Shown piece after piece: positions 1-15,100 of a DNA stretch of 64,000 nucleotides. Both the position numbers and the translations under genes were made by a program. Location: the NCBI RefSeq assembly GCF_964355755.1, contig NC_092679.1, positions 23,171,432 through 23,235,431 on the forward strand, read 5' to 3'. The notes under the pieces are model-generated. The model was given only the letters and a program-made list of their open reading frames with translations, was not told the DNA's origin and ran no database searches. Positions within the stretch are counted from its first letter, which is position 1. Each line of letters begins with the position of its first letter. This DNA is from Antedon mediterranea. Taxonomy: Eukaryota > Animalia > Echinodermata.

Positions 1-54
1 ATAAAGATAAAAAGTAAAGTTGTTTTACCTAAAAAATCAAATCTGCTGGAAGTG

Positions 55-108
55 TCAGTATCGACTACTGTACAAAGAGAGTTTTCCATCCAAGCTTGCT
101 GTGGCCAA
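55..108 (-). CDS. WDR27: WDR27 terminal exon 22 (LATASLDGKLSLYSSRY*)
   Basis: ttgcag acceptor (AG at 110-109), in phase, TGA at 57-55. Completes the last WD repeat. Confidence 0.9.
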   Translation of the reverse strand: MATASLDGKLSLYSSRY

Positions 109-3100
109 CTGCAAGATATAACATATTAATAATTAGCATGGAAAATGATATTAAACAAATATGAAAGAATTTTCTATAAGTTTCTTTATCTTCAGTAATG
201 TATAATAATAATTAGAACATAGCAATAAAATGAACACCTTGCTTCAAGGCTCTCCGTGGCTATGTTCTGGTGCTAGAAAAAGTCATGGATTAGGATCTGG
301 TGGTTCAGTGCTCTTTTAAATAACCCACTCAGAAACATAGAGAATTACCCCAATTTATCTTAGCCCCTGCCCTGGCTCATCTCAGCTAGCCTTGGACAAA
401 GAAGGACTTCAAATTGGTTATTGGTTTTACACAAAGGATCCTTTTAGGGAAGATGAAAGTTGGTGACGGTCTTTTTTGTACATATGTGCACGATTCAGCA
501 TAGTCTAATAATTATCAGTATGTTTCAAATGGTCAAACATCATAGCAATCACACTACAATTTACGGCTAAATAAAGCTTTTTCTAAATTCTACTAAATCA
601 TACATTTTTCTAATTTGTAACTCAGCAAATATAAAATTTATGCATGCTATTTTTTAGAAGGGAAAAACAGATTGTCATGAAAATGTTTTATTGTAATTTT
701 AGACATTTCGGACATTAAATGATATATATAATATATATATAAAGTTCGTTACATTTTTTCAAAACTTTATGTGAATGCTATATATGAATCAATCATATAC
801 AACAATATCCATTTATAGACAAGGTCAACAAGGGGTCACGCAGGCATTGAACATCAATCATACCAATAGCTCATGACTGATTGATATTGTTTTAAATTTA
901 CTGTCCTGATTAAAATTCTTTGAACAAAACAGCCATTCTATCAACATGTATATAAATCATTATGGTAACTATAGCAAGGAAATGTGATTTATTTATATAG
1001 GATGTATCTTATTCTTGGTTACTAGATATATGTTTTGAACCATAATAACAGTATTGATCCTATAAATATTATTGAAGTTTATGCTAATAAATTGTAAACA
1101 AATATTATACAACAAGAGATATTTCTTTCTTTCAATAACTACTGTCTACACATGCCTCTCAATATTTATCAGCAACTGTTTTCATACACTCTCTTTTTTC
1201 TAGGCCTTTCAGTCTTCAACAGAGAAACAAAAATGTATGTAGTTTTTGTCAGTCAAAAGACAACAGGTCTTTACAAAATCTAAAATAAAAGTGTGTATAT
1301 ATTTTAAATATCAATGAAAAAACTACCAAATTAAAAAAAACCCTCTTTATACCGACGTTATGATGACTGACCCAGGTCTGGCTCAGGAGCCTTCTGGCGT
1401 AGGAAGATAATACTAGACAGAAATGAAAGAACTCTAGAAATATCACTATCTAGAAATTCTGCTGTTAATCTTGGCATGTTACACCCATACTAGAGGAAAT
1501 ACATGGATTTGCAAGACATTTTAATGGTATGATGATTTAGAGTTTTTCAGACGATTCCGTGTAAATCTTCGCGACAGGTGTGAACGAGCAAAGTTAGCTA
1601 TGTGTAATGACTTCCCGAAGAAAAAAGAAACTTGTCCAAGGAAGAAAAAAATGGCCAAGGAAGAAAATGAAAATATTACTACAAATAATGTACAAGTCAG
1701 AGTGCGTTAGTGGAGATGCGGCACACTCGAGGGTATTTACAATGTTGTTTCAGCTACATGATTGGCTACATCCTTAAACCCATGTTATAAAAAGTAATAT
1801 CAAAAAGAAACTTTAGTTGATGGTATGTAATTATTTCCGAAAGAAAAAGGAATATTTGTAATTATTTAAATTTATAAAACCTATTGCAGACAAAATCGTA
1901 AGATAATCTTTTCCAAGAAAAAGCAAAGAACTGAAGAAAGAACAATACTGTGAGAAAAAATTGGTTCCAGGAGCCTCTAAATACTTCTATTATTTTCTAT
2001 GCAAATCATGTTACTTTCGCACTAAGAATTGTAATTCTAGGATATCCCAGTTCTCAGCTTGTTGCAGGTGTATGGAAATTTCCAAAACAACATGAAGTTT
2101 CTCTTGTTCCGATTATTAACAGCTGACCATTCATATTTGCAAAATGTCCAAACGCGTGAAATTACATAAATGACAGAAAGTTTTCAACATGAATAATGTT
2201 TTGATAGAGATACGGCATTTTAAAGAAACTAGTAAATTAGATAATTACATATTATGAAGTAAAGCACTGTAACAAATTTAGAAAACCTATTATTGCCAAT
2301 TATCAGGTGAATTCACATTATATTCTGGCAAAACATAATACATTTGAATTTAATAATACTTTCTCTTTGGTTTTCTCATTTTTCAAATCCAATACAAACA
2401 AAACTTTGGAATGATATATTTAAAATCATCTTGAAAAATAATTGTTTTTATTTTTTTTTTGCTGAATATTCCATTTTAATGTCACATTAATACTTTTATT
2501 TATATTTAATAAAAATCTATTGGGAGAAATACTTAATTATCCCTCGGATGTTTTTTGTCGAACATGCCATTTTATTGTCATCTAATTTCATAAAATATAG
2601 GATCAAGAAAAAAATAGTTACCTGAAAAACTGTAATTAAGGGCAAAAACAGTAAAATTGTCTGTCAGACAATGGTTTTTGGTTAAATGTAACCATATTTT
2701 TATATTAAAGTGAAATAATTTTTCTTTCTAATGAACTTTATTAAAACTGTAAAATGGCCTATTCAAAGTCTGACATTACTAATCTTTATTATTCCTGTTT
2801 TTAGGGAACAATATATCTTAAAATCTTGATTTAATATTATAACAACTTAATTGACAAAATATATTGTGTGTCAAATAGCAACCTGTTCAGTTTTTAAATT
2901 AAATGCGTTACATACTGGCCATGCCGTCCATGTTAACAAACAAAATAAATGTAATGCAATGTTATTTTTTATGATGAATACAAATTAAGAAAACCTGCAG
3001 TAACAGGAAGAATGCTTTCAAAGCTACCAAACAGTATTTCCCAAAGTAAAACACTTTACCGCGCGATACAATGGTTCCAAGTTGACTCACGCTAAGTACT

Positions 3101-6100
3101 GAAGCTACAGAGACCTACCACGGAACTAACCGTGCCAGTCAAGTCAATTGCTTGTCGATTTAAATTTTCATTTTAGTTATGTATTCTGTTACAAGAGTAT
3201 AAGGTGCACTACTTCTTCAGTTGCATTTAGTATTAGAGTTTAAATGTCAGTGTGAAATGTACAAGATCTGTGATTTGTTGATAAATATTTGTACACCCCT
3301 GGATATATAATTTTTTTTAATAATCCCTTACAAATCCTAATGTATGATGTGTACAGAATAAATATAAATAGTAGAATTTCTTAAGTTGAAAGTTGACATT
3401 TATGCTTTCAAAAATATTCTTCCAATTCCACAGATACAAAACATTTACTTGTAAACAAATCTATAAAGTAAATTTGTATTTAATTAATCTGATACATCCG
3501 TGGCTATCGCCATTCAAAAAGGCAACACTCAGATTTTGGCTACAGTTAAGTACATGCATGTGGCGCAGTGTGTTGGGCATTGGACTAATGATCACGAGAT
3601 TGTGGGTCCAAGTTCAATGCTTGTCGCAAGCTCTCCACCCAGATGTACAAATGTACAAGACACAAGTTTGCGCTGATTACTAGCTGCATTATGGGAGTAT
3701 GTTTCCATACTTGTTTGATAAAAAAATGACCGGTGTAATATTTCACAACACTATGCGCTTATCCAGGATATTATTTTACAATTGTTTTGAAAAAAAATAT
3801 ATATATATTCAATACACCATTCATTGACCATGTGTAACACATGATGAAATACAGTATGTAATTCTCACATTATACATTCTAAAAAGGTAATCTTAGTCAT
3901 TCTATGATCAAATATATTACAGTATACTAACTACTTTATTAAATGTCGAGACATTAATGTAATAATGCTTAATAACATAATAATAAAGGTCACCTATCAC
4001 GTCAACATTTGAAAAAAGGTCGTAGAAGTCACGGTGTCACAATTTATTATCCAAAAATTACATAAATTGTCATTAAAATTGCAATTATTACAAAAGGTGC
4101 TAAAGCTTATTTTAAATGGCAAAGTTATTTACGGCAGGTACGTCAACATACTTGCAAAACGAAACTAACATAAAATACTAAATGATTCCCGTGGAGAACA
4201 GAAAAAATGAGCAACAATTATGCGTATTATCAGAGGAGTAGTTGATGAGATAAAAAAATATTAAACTCAACAGGTATAAATTTAAAAGTAGAGAAACTGA
4301 ATTTGGTCATCAAAATTAGACAGGAAAGTTAACAAAAATGGAGCCATTCATGGAACAGTAGCACCCATGAGAAAATATTTATTGTACTGTACTTGTCTAA
4401 ACTGTGACTTAGCGGTTAAACACTTATCTTCTCATCAGAAGGGTCTGGGTTCATAGCTTGTAATGAGTCAGAAATGTTTAGCAGAACCTTAGAATAAAGA
4501 TGGTTTCAGTATCAGTATATATTAAAAATAATGTAAATAATTAATTAAAAAATATATATTTATAAATAAAAATACAAAAATAAAATAATAAATAAATAAA
4601 AAAAAACTAACCCCAAAAGCAGCTGTGTAAGACCACATAAAAGCTCTGCCTACACAATCAAACAAGTTTGAAAAAAAAAATGTGATGTGTCCAAATATGG
4701 TAGTGAATCATGTTAATAATATTATGTCATCATTATGCACTTGTCAATTGTATGACCCACTATACGACCCCCGGGAGAGGTGCGTCATTTGTCCGATGTG
4801 CGTCATACTTTTGAATACCATGACGCACCCGTGCGTCAAAAAGGTGACTTACCTTTAGGTGACCATGACGCACCCATTTTGACGCACTGTGACCATGTTG
4901 TTTATGATATGGTGGGTGGTAAAGTGACGGACATTGACACACCTTGTTCATTGATGTGACGTACCATCTAGGTTTTTTGACGCACCCCTGCGTCAGTAAT
5001 TATTTGTAAATGACGCACCCATGACACACCTCTCCCGGGGGTCGTATAGTGAGTCATACAATTGACAAGTGCATTATGTCCATGGGTGCATCACATTTTT
5101 TTGTCACATAAAGTTTGATAGTGTAGACAGAGCTTAAGAGTAGACTACTCCATCTCTGGTGGCTTACAATAATCTACTTCTTAGTTCACACTGTCAAATT
5201 GCATGAACATGACTGAAAGTCTAAAAATAGGCATCTTAAAATTGTATTACAGGTTAAATACAGGTTTATGATTAAAATGGAAGTGATCAAGTATTAAATA
5301 AACTTATCAATCAAAATTGTATTGGTCAGTATCGGTCATTGCCCAGCCAGGAAATTGACCAATAGGATATCCTTAAAGTTCAATCATAACCTTTGATTAT
5401 TAATGATAATGATTAAGGAAAACCACAATTTAATAGGACTGGTCATAAGAAATTATGAATGAAATAAAGTTGTTGAAATTTCATAATAAAAATCTTTTAT
5501 TGTACTATAACAGTAGTAAATTAGGACATATATTTCATCCATCGCGATATGAGTATCACACTCGTATCATCGCAGCGGAAGTAAAAAATAGGTGGTGATG
5601 TTGGATTTCTAAAGTAATATGGTCTTAAAAAAAAACACCCAGAATCATCTAATCAAATGACGGGAATTTATTTAGGTGTAAATAACCAACTGCACATGAA
5701 ATTAATTTTTAATGAGTACTGCTTAAATTAACCTTTTAATAATAACTCCATTTAATTGACCCAGATATTTATGAAAAAAATCACATTTTATAATATATAT
5801 TGCATTTTATTATTATAGTAATAATTCAAAACTAAACAGGCAAAGACATTGTGTGATATTTTTGTCGTCATAAACCAATGACCCTAATACATATTAACTC
5901 CCACACATTGATATTGAACACGTTGGTATTTGTATAGGTTTAAAAAAGTTCATGACGGATAATCTCTATAAAAAATAAAAAGAAGCATTTAAAAAAATGC
6001 TAAATTGGCCAAAAAGAAAGTTTACCAAAGATATCTTCTGCATCTACTTCCAGTGGTGCAGGGTGAAGATTCAAAAGATACAAAGGAGAGACCATATGGT

Positions 6101-9100
6101 TATTATAGTGGAGAGAAGCATGCTTCAATTTAATATTGACCAGAGATATATGATTTAAAAAAATGAACCTCTAAATTGGCCAAAAAGAAAGTTTACCAAA
6201 GATATCTTCTGCTACTACTTTCGGTGGTGCAGGGTGCAGATTCAAAAGATACAAAGGATGGAGCATATGGTTATTATAGTGGAGAGAAGCATGCTTGAAT
6301 TTAATGACCAGAGAAGTGATTTAAAAAAATGAACCTTCTCTAAATTGGCCAAAAAGAAAGTTTACCAAAGATAAATTCTGTTAGTTCTTCCAGAGGTGCT
6401 GGGTGGAAATTCAAAAGATAAGTATAGTATATACATATACACTCAATCTCTGACTACATTTTTTGTAAAATTTTTACAATTATACAATAAAATGCATCTT
6501 TACTAAGAATCACAAACTTTAAACTAAAATGTTACAAAACCACATCAGACAAAAATGCTAGCAAACATCACTGAAAAGTTCAATTTTCTGGGTTGCCCTC
6601 ATCAAACTTAATTTTTGATTTGTTTTCTCCAACAGAAAATGTAAAGAAAATATGTTACACATGTCATTTTTAACATGAATTATATCAAAAATAATGAATG
6701 GGAAAACATTCCAGACATGTGAATGGTTACAGTCCACTGAAGTCTAGATAAAGGATGCTAGAAAGACAGTCAGGAAACTGTAAAAATCTGGAACACAGAA
6801 TGTTAAATAAAAAAATGGTACATTTAATCAGGGAGTTGCTTATTTTACAACTTCCTGATTGAATGTACAAAATATGTATGCTAAAATAAACATTGTAACT
6901 TTGCATCTTATTCTTCTGAATGTACCGCAATAGTAACACAAGTTGAATTGGACCAAGTTGGATTAGGACACAAGACTGACTTGATTTGGGACCGAGGTAA
7001 GATTGACCGAGTTAAGAAGGACCAAGTTAAGGTGGGCTGAGTTGAAGTAAGCCGAGTAGAGGTGCACCGAGTATAGGTGGATTGAGTACATGTGGATCAG
7101 GTTCAGATGGACCGTGTTGAGGTGTAAAAGTTGGGGTGAACAGAATTGAGGTGGACAGAGTTCAAGTGGACTGAGTTAGGATAGGATAGGAGTTGATACA
7201 AGACCGAGTTGACATAGAACCAAGTTGAGAGGAACCGGGTTTGAGGTGGAATGAGTTAGGGTAGGACAGGAGTTGGCACAAGACCAAGGTAACATAGAAG
7301 GAAGTTGACATAGAACCAAGTTGACATGGTACAATGTTATATCGCATAAAAAAGAGCAATATATAAATGTAGCGATTAACATACTTATTCAAAATATTCT
7401 GTTCCTAATTATTGGTACAGTAAGGAACCCTTTCACTTTAAATGGTCGTTCAACCCTTGCCAAATATGTCAACCTTTTGATCACAAACTCAAAACCTTTC
7501 TGTCTAAATGGCAATCTGACAGGATCCAGAATAAACGTCAAATTTAAAGACTGTTGTAGGAAGCTATTAATGGTGACTTATTCTAGGTTGAACATGTACA
7601 GATATACGAACGCTGGACTGGACTACTTCATGGTAGGACACCTCCTGACCATTAAAAATTAGTTTGTAACACAATACAAAAATAAATTATAATAAATATG
7701 ATTTTTAAAATTGTTACTTTGTATGATAAAATACTCAGCAAATTATGTGTATAATTTTAGTATCAAATTTGATAAATAAAACTTGATAAAAAAATAAAAA
7801 ATTTCCCTGAACAAGGATACTAAAATACAACAGTTTAAATTAATGTTCAAACATCCAATTAATCAACTATAGATTTTAATACGAGAAGCAACAAGGGAAA
7901 ACATGATTGTATAATAGCCATAGAAAAAAGTCATCAGGGTTTAATATTAAGTGTATGACAAAGATATACTCAACAATGACTTGCCAAAATCGCTTAAATT
8001 TACCCACGAAAATACACACAGGACATCAGAAAGAACAGCGCTATGGGAAAAACAAGGATAGTATTACTCCGTCGGGTTTATCGTGGGTGGAAAAACCGTT
8101 CATAATCCATAAAGTAAACTACACATTAATGACCATTTCTACTGGGAAATGTTCAGAGAAAAAGTGATCGGTGAAAACTATTCAAATATAAATGTGCAGT
8201 AATTACGACAGTTGAACGAAAGGGATGAACAACCTATCAGGAGGACAATGACATTAAACTTCAATTAAGCAGTTTACCTGATAAATTATCATGCTTGTTT
8301 AAAACATTGATAGATTGTTTCTTTCATCAGATACACAATAGCGTTTAATCGCCAATTAAAAGATAACATTACCAATGTTTTTTCTAGATATTATCCCTGC
8401 TGCAGAGAAAATAACTATATTCAGAGGTCCTAACTTGAAACAAAATATTTTAAAATGATTTTATTTCTCGCCCACCGATTTCATCTATTTATTAACCATA
8501 TGTACTGCAGAGGATAAAACTGATCACATAGGTTTTCCAATAAAACAGATAGACAATATAAAGCATATACATGTTGAATACTCAAACAAAGGTAGCATTA
8601 AAGTTAACATCATTTAACAAGTTAAACAATTTAAATTAAATGTATTCAAACTTTTGTAAAGATGATTTAACTATGATAACCACAAGCGCCCCCACGTCTA
8701 GAATTCTTAATCAATTCATCTGCCATCTGTCTTGTATCTTGATTTACCTTTGATACTTTCAGTTTTTCACACCCAAAATATCCCCGCCCCCAGTTTCCTT
8801 TGTAGGCTCAAAAGCTCTCAAATTACATTAAAAATAAATTGAATTATCATATCAAATTTATCGAACTTACAATATAATATAGTTTTTGTGATGGGTTTAT
8901 GGATTGATTTAGTTCTCCTGTTAGAAAGAAGCAGAACAGTTGAAATTTGTCAACTTAGTTGTGTGAATGAAAGCAATATATAATACACCTGTATCAAGGT
9001 GGAGAAAAAAGAATTATTGAAAATAGTTAATATTTAATAAATATTTAATAAATGAAAAGCAACTATTGTTTAAGTTCACTGGATGGTAACATCGATCAAA

Positions 9101-12100
9101 TTAGTTTTGTCAGTTGATTCTCAATTTCAATCAAATCAGAATTTATGAATTAGCAACTCTTGTCAATTTCACTGCAAATCGCTCTGATCTATGAAAATTC
9201 TTGTCACTTTCACTTCTGGTGTTTCGTTCCTTTATGGTATACAGCCAATTCTTCTAAAATCGGAGTCTTTCAATGTCAAATTCTCAGGATTTTGTTGAAA
9301 TAGAAAAACTTGGAGTGACTTTTTAGAATGTTTTTTTCTTAAATTTTTTGCTTAGGAAGAGAGGAACATATACCCTACATATTTGTGTACCGGTATATTT
9401 TTTTTTAGGGGAATAGCATGGCATTTGGCTATGACTATTATTCTGTATTTTGAAATCAATTTAAATTGACAACATCTTACAGTATCTCTTCATGGAAATG
9501 TGCAAAGATTTCATCAAATAATTCCTCTTTCGTTTTCAGAATGACTTCAACATTTTTTTTATTAACCTTGAACGTTAAATTTGAAAGAATCAATTTCAGA
9601 TTTTTATCTTGTCACTAAATCTAAAGTTTATTTATCATAATTTGGAGATAATTGTAGAAATTATTATAATTGCTGACAAATTTATAAGGAACTTTAAAGT
9701 TAAAATGTGCGGATGTGCCAGTGTAACTTGGTGGTCAACAAAACTTAGATTATAACGAAATGAAATCAGCCACACAACTTTAAAAATAAAATCTTGTAGA
9801 AAAGTTTCATTGAATTTAAAATTACTGATAATTCATTTTGAAGTAAATTCTTTACTGGTGTTTACGCTCAAGCTTTACACTATCAAAATAGTTCGACAAA
9901 AAAGTGTGATCTGCCCAAATATGGTAGTGATGTGCATGTCCATATATGGGCATATCACATTTGTTTGTCACATAAAGGTTGATGTTGTAGACACAGCTTA
10001 AAAATGGTGTTATTCTGCACAAAGTATTCCTGATAGGTAGACAGAAATTTATAATACAAATACAAAATTTATATAATTACGCAATATACAGTATTTTACC
10101 TAATTCCTGGATAATAAATCTACCTCTACTATTAATAAACTGAACCTACCCCTAAATAATCTCTTCCACTACTCAAAATTGTATGTCCAATATTTTGTCG
10201 GCCATCAATGATGGATACCTAAATTCAAAATCTTTTTCCATCCCACTTTCGCAAAGAAAAACAGGAAAAGTATATTACCTTCTGTGTGAAACGGTCTAGA
10301 TCAGCAATAAAATATTGGCTTGCTTACTTAAAAAGTACTTTAATTTGCGTGTGAAAAGGGCTATAGTCACAGTGCCACTACTATGTGTTTTTTAAGGCCA
10401 TTATTTCACATACCGATGTTTAAAGTCTGTCCATTTTAATTTTAGAAAGGTACTTCATGATCTATGCCAACATACGAGAACACATTTGGTAGGTCGTAGG
10501 ATTCACTAAACCATTTTTTTACGAAAGCAGTTTTTTTGCCATTTACTGCGATAGCCTGATTTTCAAATATTTTATCAATTATAGAGAGTAAATAAAATAA
10601 ATTACAATTTATCTTGATGGTTAATAACCGATTGACATCATCTCTATTATACTTCATGAATCATAAAAAATGTGGAAGAATTTGCAATTGAATCCACAAA
10701 ACATTTCTTTATAATAGCCAAATATGCAATTAACTTACAATCAGATAAATTTTGGTTACATTTATTTGTTGTTTTGACAACTCAAATTACAATTATTTGT
10801 CAATGTACCGACTTTATCATGTAGCGGTATGATATGAATCATATTTAGCCTATTTTCAAATTGAATTCATCATCTCTATACCTTTGTACAATGTCGGCAT
10901 GTAACAATACATCAAGTAGTACAAACATCTTTCAAAGTGTAAAATGTAAAATGCTACTAACCACAGGATGGACTGTTTGACTTTACATAGGGTTAAATAG
11001 TGACAACTCACCATTTACTAAGAGACTTTATCCTATTATTTAGCAATTAAACAGCCCTAGGCTGTCACTGATAAACATCTCAAACATAAAAGCAAAGAAC
11101 GCCTTCTACATTATTAAACACACAAAGGAAATTCCTATATACGTATTCATTTCCGCTAATAAAACGACTAAACATCGCAATTGGTAATAAAACATAAATT
11201 TAATGGAAAAGGAGATAATCTTTAAGATAAAAAACGGTATATATTTGATGATTTTTTTGTTTAGGACATTAACCTAAAAGTTGTTTTGTTGTTTTTGTAT
11301 CCTTGCCGTTTTGATTGCACAGTCAGCATTTTGTAAACAAAACATTGCTGTGCTACTGTATGCAGTAGTTATAAATATTGTGTGACTGGAAACCCTGTAG
11401 AGTATGCTGTCTAAATGAAGTTCTGCCTCTCTGACAAAATTTAAGTGGTAAGTGGTAAGCGGACAGGCGGGTGAGCGTAAACCCACTCAGGATAGATACA
11501 GATTCTAGGTGGGACAAGCACGGTTTTCCACTAAAACTGATTTATTGGTTTATATTTTTTGTCTGATACTAAGGGTGCTACTAATGATTCTGTACTAATG
11601 TAGATAGGTAGGGCTATTCCTCTTTAACGTCGTCGTTCACACACTTTCAAATGCCATTAATTTCAACCTACCAATGCCATCCTTCTATACCAAGAGTGAC
11701 TTTGGATAAGCGCCAAGGGTCCAGCCACCTCTTTAACCCAACCACCCAGACAGCTACATGTGCTCCCTACCATGTTCCTATACCAACTATGTTGTAGAAA
11801 CAAACATCAATAAGGTTGTTTTTTTTTCATGAGTCTTATATAAGTATTTCTGAAAGTTCTTTAGCCTTTGAATGTTGTTTATTCTAATCACACCTGTTTA
11901 AATACCACTAAATATCTTACATCTCAAACATCAATAGTGCATTGGTTGCAGTAAAATCATTTATCACTTCATCAGGCTGTAACATAGTTTGTCATTATAC
12001 CATAGGTAATATACACAGTGGAACACCTCCTTTTGGGACACCCATATTTAGGTGTCACCCCTTTCATGAGTGACTCCTATTATTAGGGAAACTTTACTGT

Positions 12101-15100
12101 AAAACGAGCGAGAGGAAATGTATGTATGTACACTACGAGTACGACCAACTCCTATTTAAGTGACATCCCATACATTACTGTTTGTGACTATTGTATGAAA
12201 AATAGGGGATTAAAAGGAACATAGGAGAAGAAGAAAGAAAATGGAAAGTTCAAGAAGAGTGAATATTAGTAATACGACATAAGCCCCTTTCACCTCACCC
12301 ACGTATACAATCCCCAGGGTGTAAAAGGTCCCCACACTCAGACATCTTTCTTAGAACATTTAATGTCTAAATGTCATTAACAACATAATGCCATTTGATG
12401 ATAAAGTATAATAGAGATCAAGGCCTACGTCACAAATTTAATGTAATTGTAGTGGATGACTAATGAGATTTCGTGCACAACATACAGGCAAGAAAAAGTG
12501 AAAGTAACTACTGTATATACATTTTTTTTAACTTAAATTATTTTACTAGTCTTGAAGCCAAACTTTTACTTGATGGAAGGGGAAGGGGTAACTTTGATTA
12601 TGAAGTCTTGTCACTGTCCTCATTCTTTCATTGAATATTAAAATTAGTCAAAGATAGGTATTTTCACGTTAGAATTTGAAAAGCAATACTGTACTTTTCA
12701 TAATTCTGTATTTTAAGTAGTGGAAGATTTTTTTTAATTCCTAAAGTCACCCTGCAACCCTTCAAAAATGTTTCGCAGCCCAAATTTTGCGAAATGTCGT
12801 TCTAAAGGATACAAGTAATATATGGAACCATGCCTCCCCACAATGTACCTTAATACACTTATCATTGTTGGGCCAAAAACCTTACCTCAGAGTAAACAGG
12901 ATGATAAGCTACGTCTGTTACAGTATCCGTATGCCCTGTTAGTTTCTCAACGTATGTACCACCACGAATGTCAAATATATACGCCTGCAAAATAGAAATA
13001 TTATTACAAACAAAATATAGGTTTATTATTAGTTTAATATTTGCCCGAGTAAATTGGTTAATGGGAAGAGTTAACTTTGGTGGATAGGAACCAATTACCC
13101 CGGGGAAAAAGTTAGCCTGAAAGGGCCCTCTCACAAAATGAACAAAAAAAGATATATAATGATAGGCCATCTTCAAGAGAGAACACGAGATTACTACTAT
13201 TAAAACGAGTAGTGTTATTTTTAAAAAAAACTGTCCATATTATGAACATTTAAATTTATTTCAAAATTTCTTTTTTAAATTCAGCAATAACATAATAATT
13301 TAGTAAATAAAATATGTTTCTTTATGATGTTTACATTGAAAAATATTAATAACAACAATTTATGTCTTTTTAATGAACTTAAGCACTATCCTTTGAGAGA
13401 AGTAGTTTTTAGTCGCGTGCAACATGACTCTACAGCTCACTATGTCGGTCGGTCGGTAAACACTAACTTGAGCACGTGACTGCAGCCTTGTATATGGTCT
13501 TGTTCAATATGTATTTACATTTTCAATTTGATCTAGGATAGCTTAAAATCAGGAAATTAATAATATTCTAATTTGTATGGGGTAATATTATATGATTTAA
13601 TGTGCAATTAATTAATGATAAATAAATTGTTATTCAAAATAGTTGTAATCATAAAATGACAGATTACTGTATTTGGTGGAATGTCTCCGATAACCAGTTA
13701 CTATGGGAACATATAAACAAGCTGTCATTTTTAAATCGTTATAAAATGATGAATTAAAAGTCGTAGAATAAAAAATGATAAACCAGAAGAGGTTTACGAT
13801 AAAACTACTTTTGACAACCTATAACAGTAAGACTTTCAATTTCAACGTTGATTGACGAGAATACACCACTTCCGACGACACTGATGAAACATATGGGCGT
13901 TAAGATACAATCCAAGTATATATAGCGCTAAAATAAAATCTGGTTTACGCTAAGTGCTCGAGTAATCAAAGTTAATCAATTAACGATTTAAGAACTGGGC
14001 TTTCTCAAGTTAGAGGTAATCAAAAAGAAAGTTATCATTATCGTGAAAGTATGAAACGTTTCCATCTTCACCTTCACGCCAATCGGTTAAATATTCGAGG
14101 CTGTCGACGGGCCAGGTGCGTTATTTCAATTTGGGACACGGTAGTCAAAGTTGTTACTCATTTGATAGTCAAACAGGAACATTATTCACAGCTACTTTTA
14201 ATAGTATAAACATTTAGTTTATAATGTTTATTAATTACAATTATTAATAATAAAAAATTTTCAGATAAAAAGAAACTATGACACTTCCTAGGCCTCACCT
14301 CTTTAAGAAAGAAATCATAAAGAAGGGCCCTAAGTAAGAAAGTTGTTCAGGAACACAAACTCCTTAGGCCCTCTGAAGGAAACTTAATAAAAACAGGGAT
14401 ACTATAAAACGTTAATGCCAATATCTATTAAAAAGAATTGGAGATTGATTTTAAGATAACAAATTTTGTCAGAATTAAAAAGATAAAACTTTCATTTCTA
14501 TGAAAACACAATCAACCACAAGCACGCTCTTGAGTTTAGGGTTTTATAAGAATTAAATCAGGTGACATCAGAGATTTGGGATTAAAAAACTGGAGGTCTA
14601 GTGTGACACTTTTGCATTATAGACTCATATTCAATGGAATTTTAACTTCTATATAGTAGACTTAAAACCTAGTGCACCTTTTAAAAGAGTAGAGGGTTAC
14701 CCTGGAAAGAAGAATGGGTTCTGTTGTAACTGGGCATAAAGGAAGATGTTGGAAGATGTAGGCTATATGTGTTGTCCACACTTGCATGCAATTCAGCCCA
14801 GGTGGCTTGGACGACACAGGTTATATACCCCACATTACATTTAATAAGGTATAATGATGGATAATGAGCAGTAAGTTGTTATGCAATTGTCTCTTGTGTC
14901 CACATATGGTTCATCGTAACAAACCTATTTGAACCTCTGTCAACAGGATGCTGTTATCAAGGTATTCTATCGACAGGTGTACAGAATGTAGTATACAATG
15001 ATAAAGAAATTTTAAAAAGCAACAATTTCAGACAAGTTTAGATAGGATAATACCACCCACAAATGTGTTTAGTTTTGAATTGTTATCATACTCATAACTG

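Noticed and set aside
1349-1460. C/D box snoRNA (ATGATGA at about 1360)
   Set aside because: Antisense to the host gene, with no suitably placed terminal CTGA or closing stem.
3091-3112. miR-252-like seed CTAAGTAC
   Set aside because: Similarity is limited to the seed and no hairpin is evident.
4405-4460. tRNA gene (also 56697-56755 and the SINE heads)
   Set aside because: Only degenerate A/B-box-like motifs with no convincing cloverleaf; better explained as SINE head remnants.
5044-5060. T7 promoter-like TATAGTGAGTC suggesting vector contamination
   Set aside because: Only a partial match, and it is part of a MITE TIR mirrored at about 4749-4765.
7162-7662. Overlapping short ORFs
   Set aside because: They arise from a degenerate minisatellite and AT-rich intron; no domain signal.
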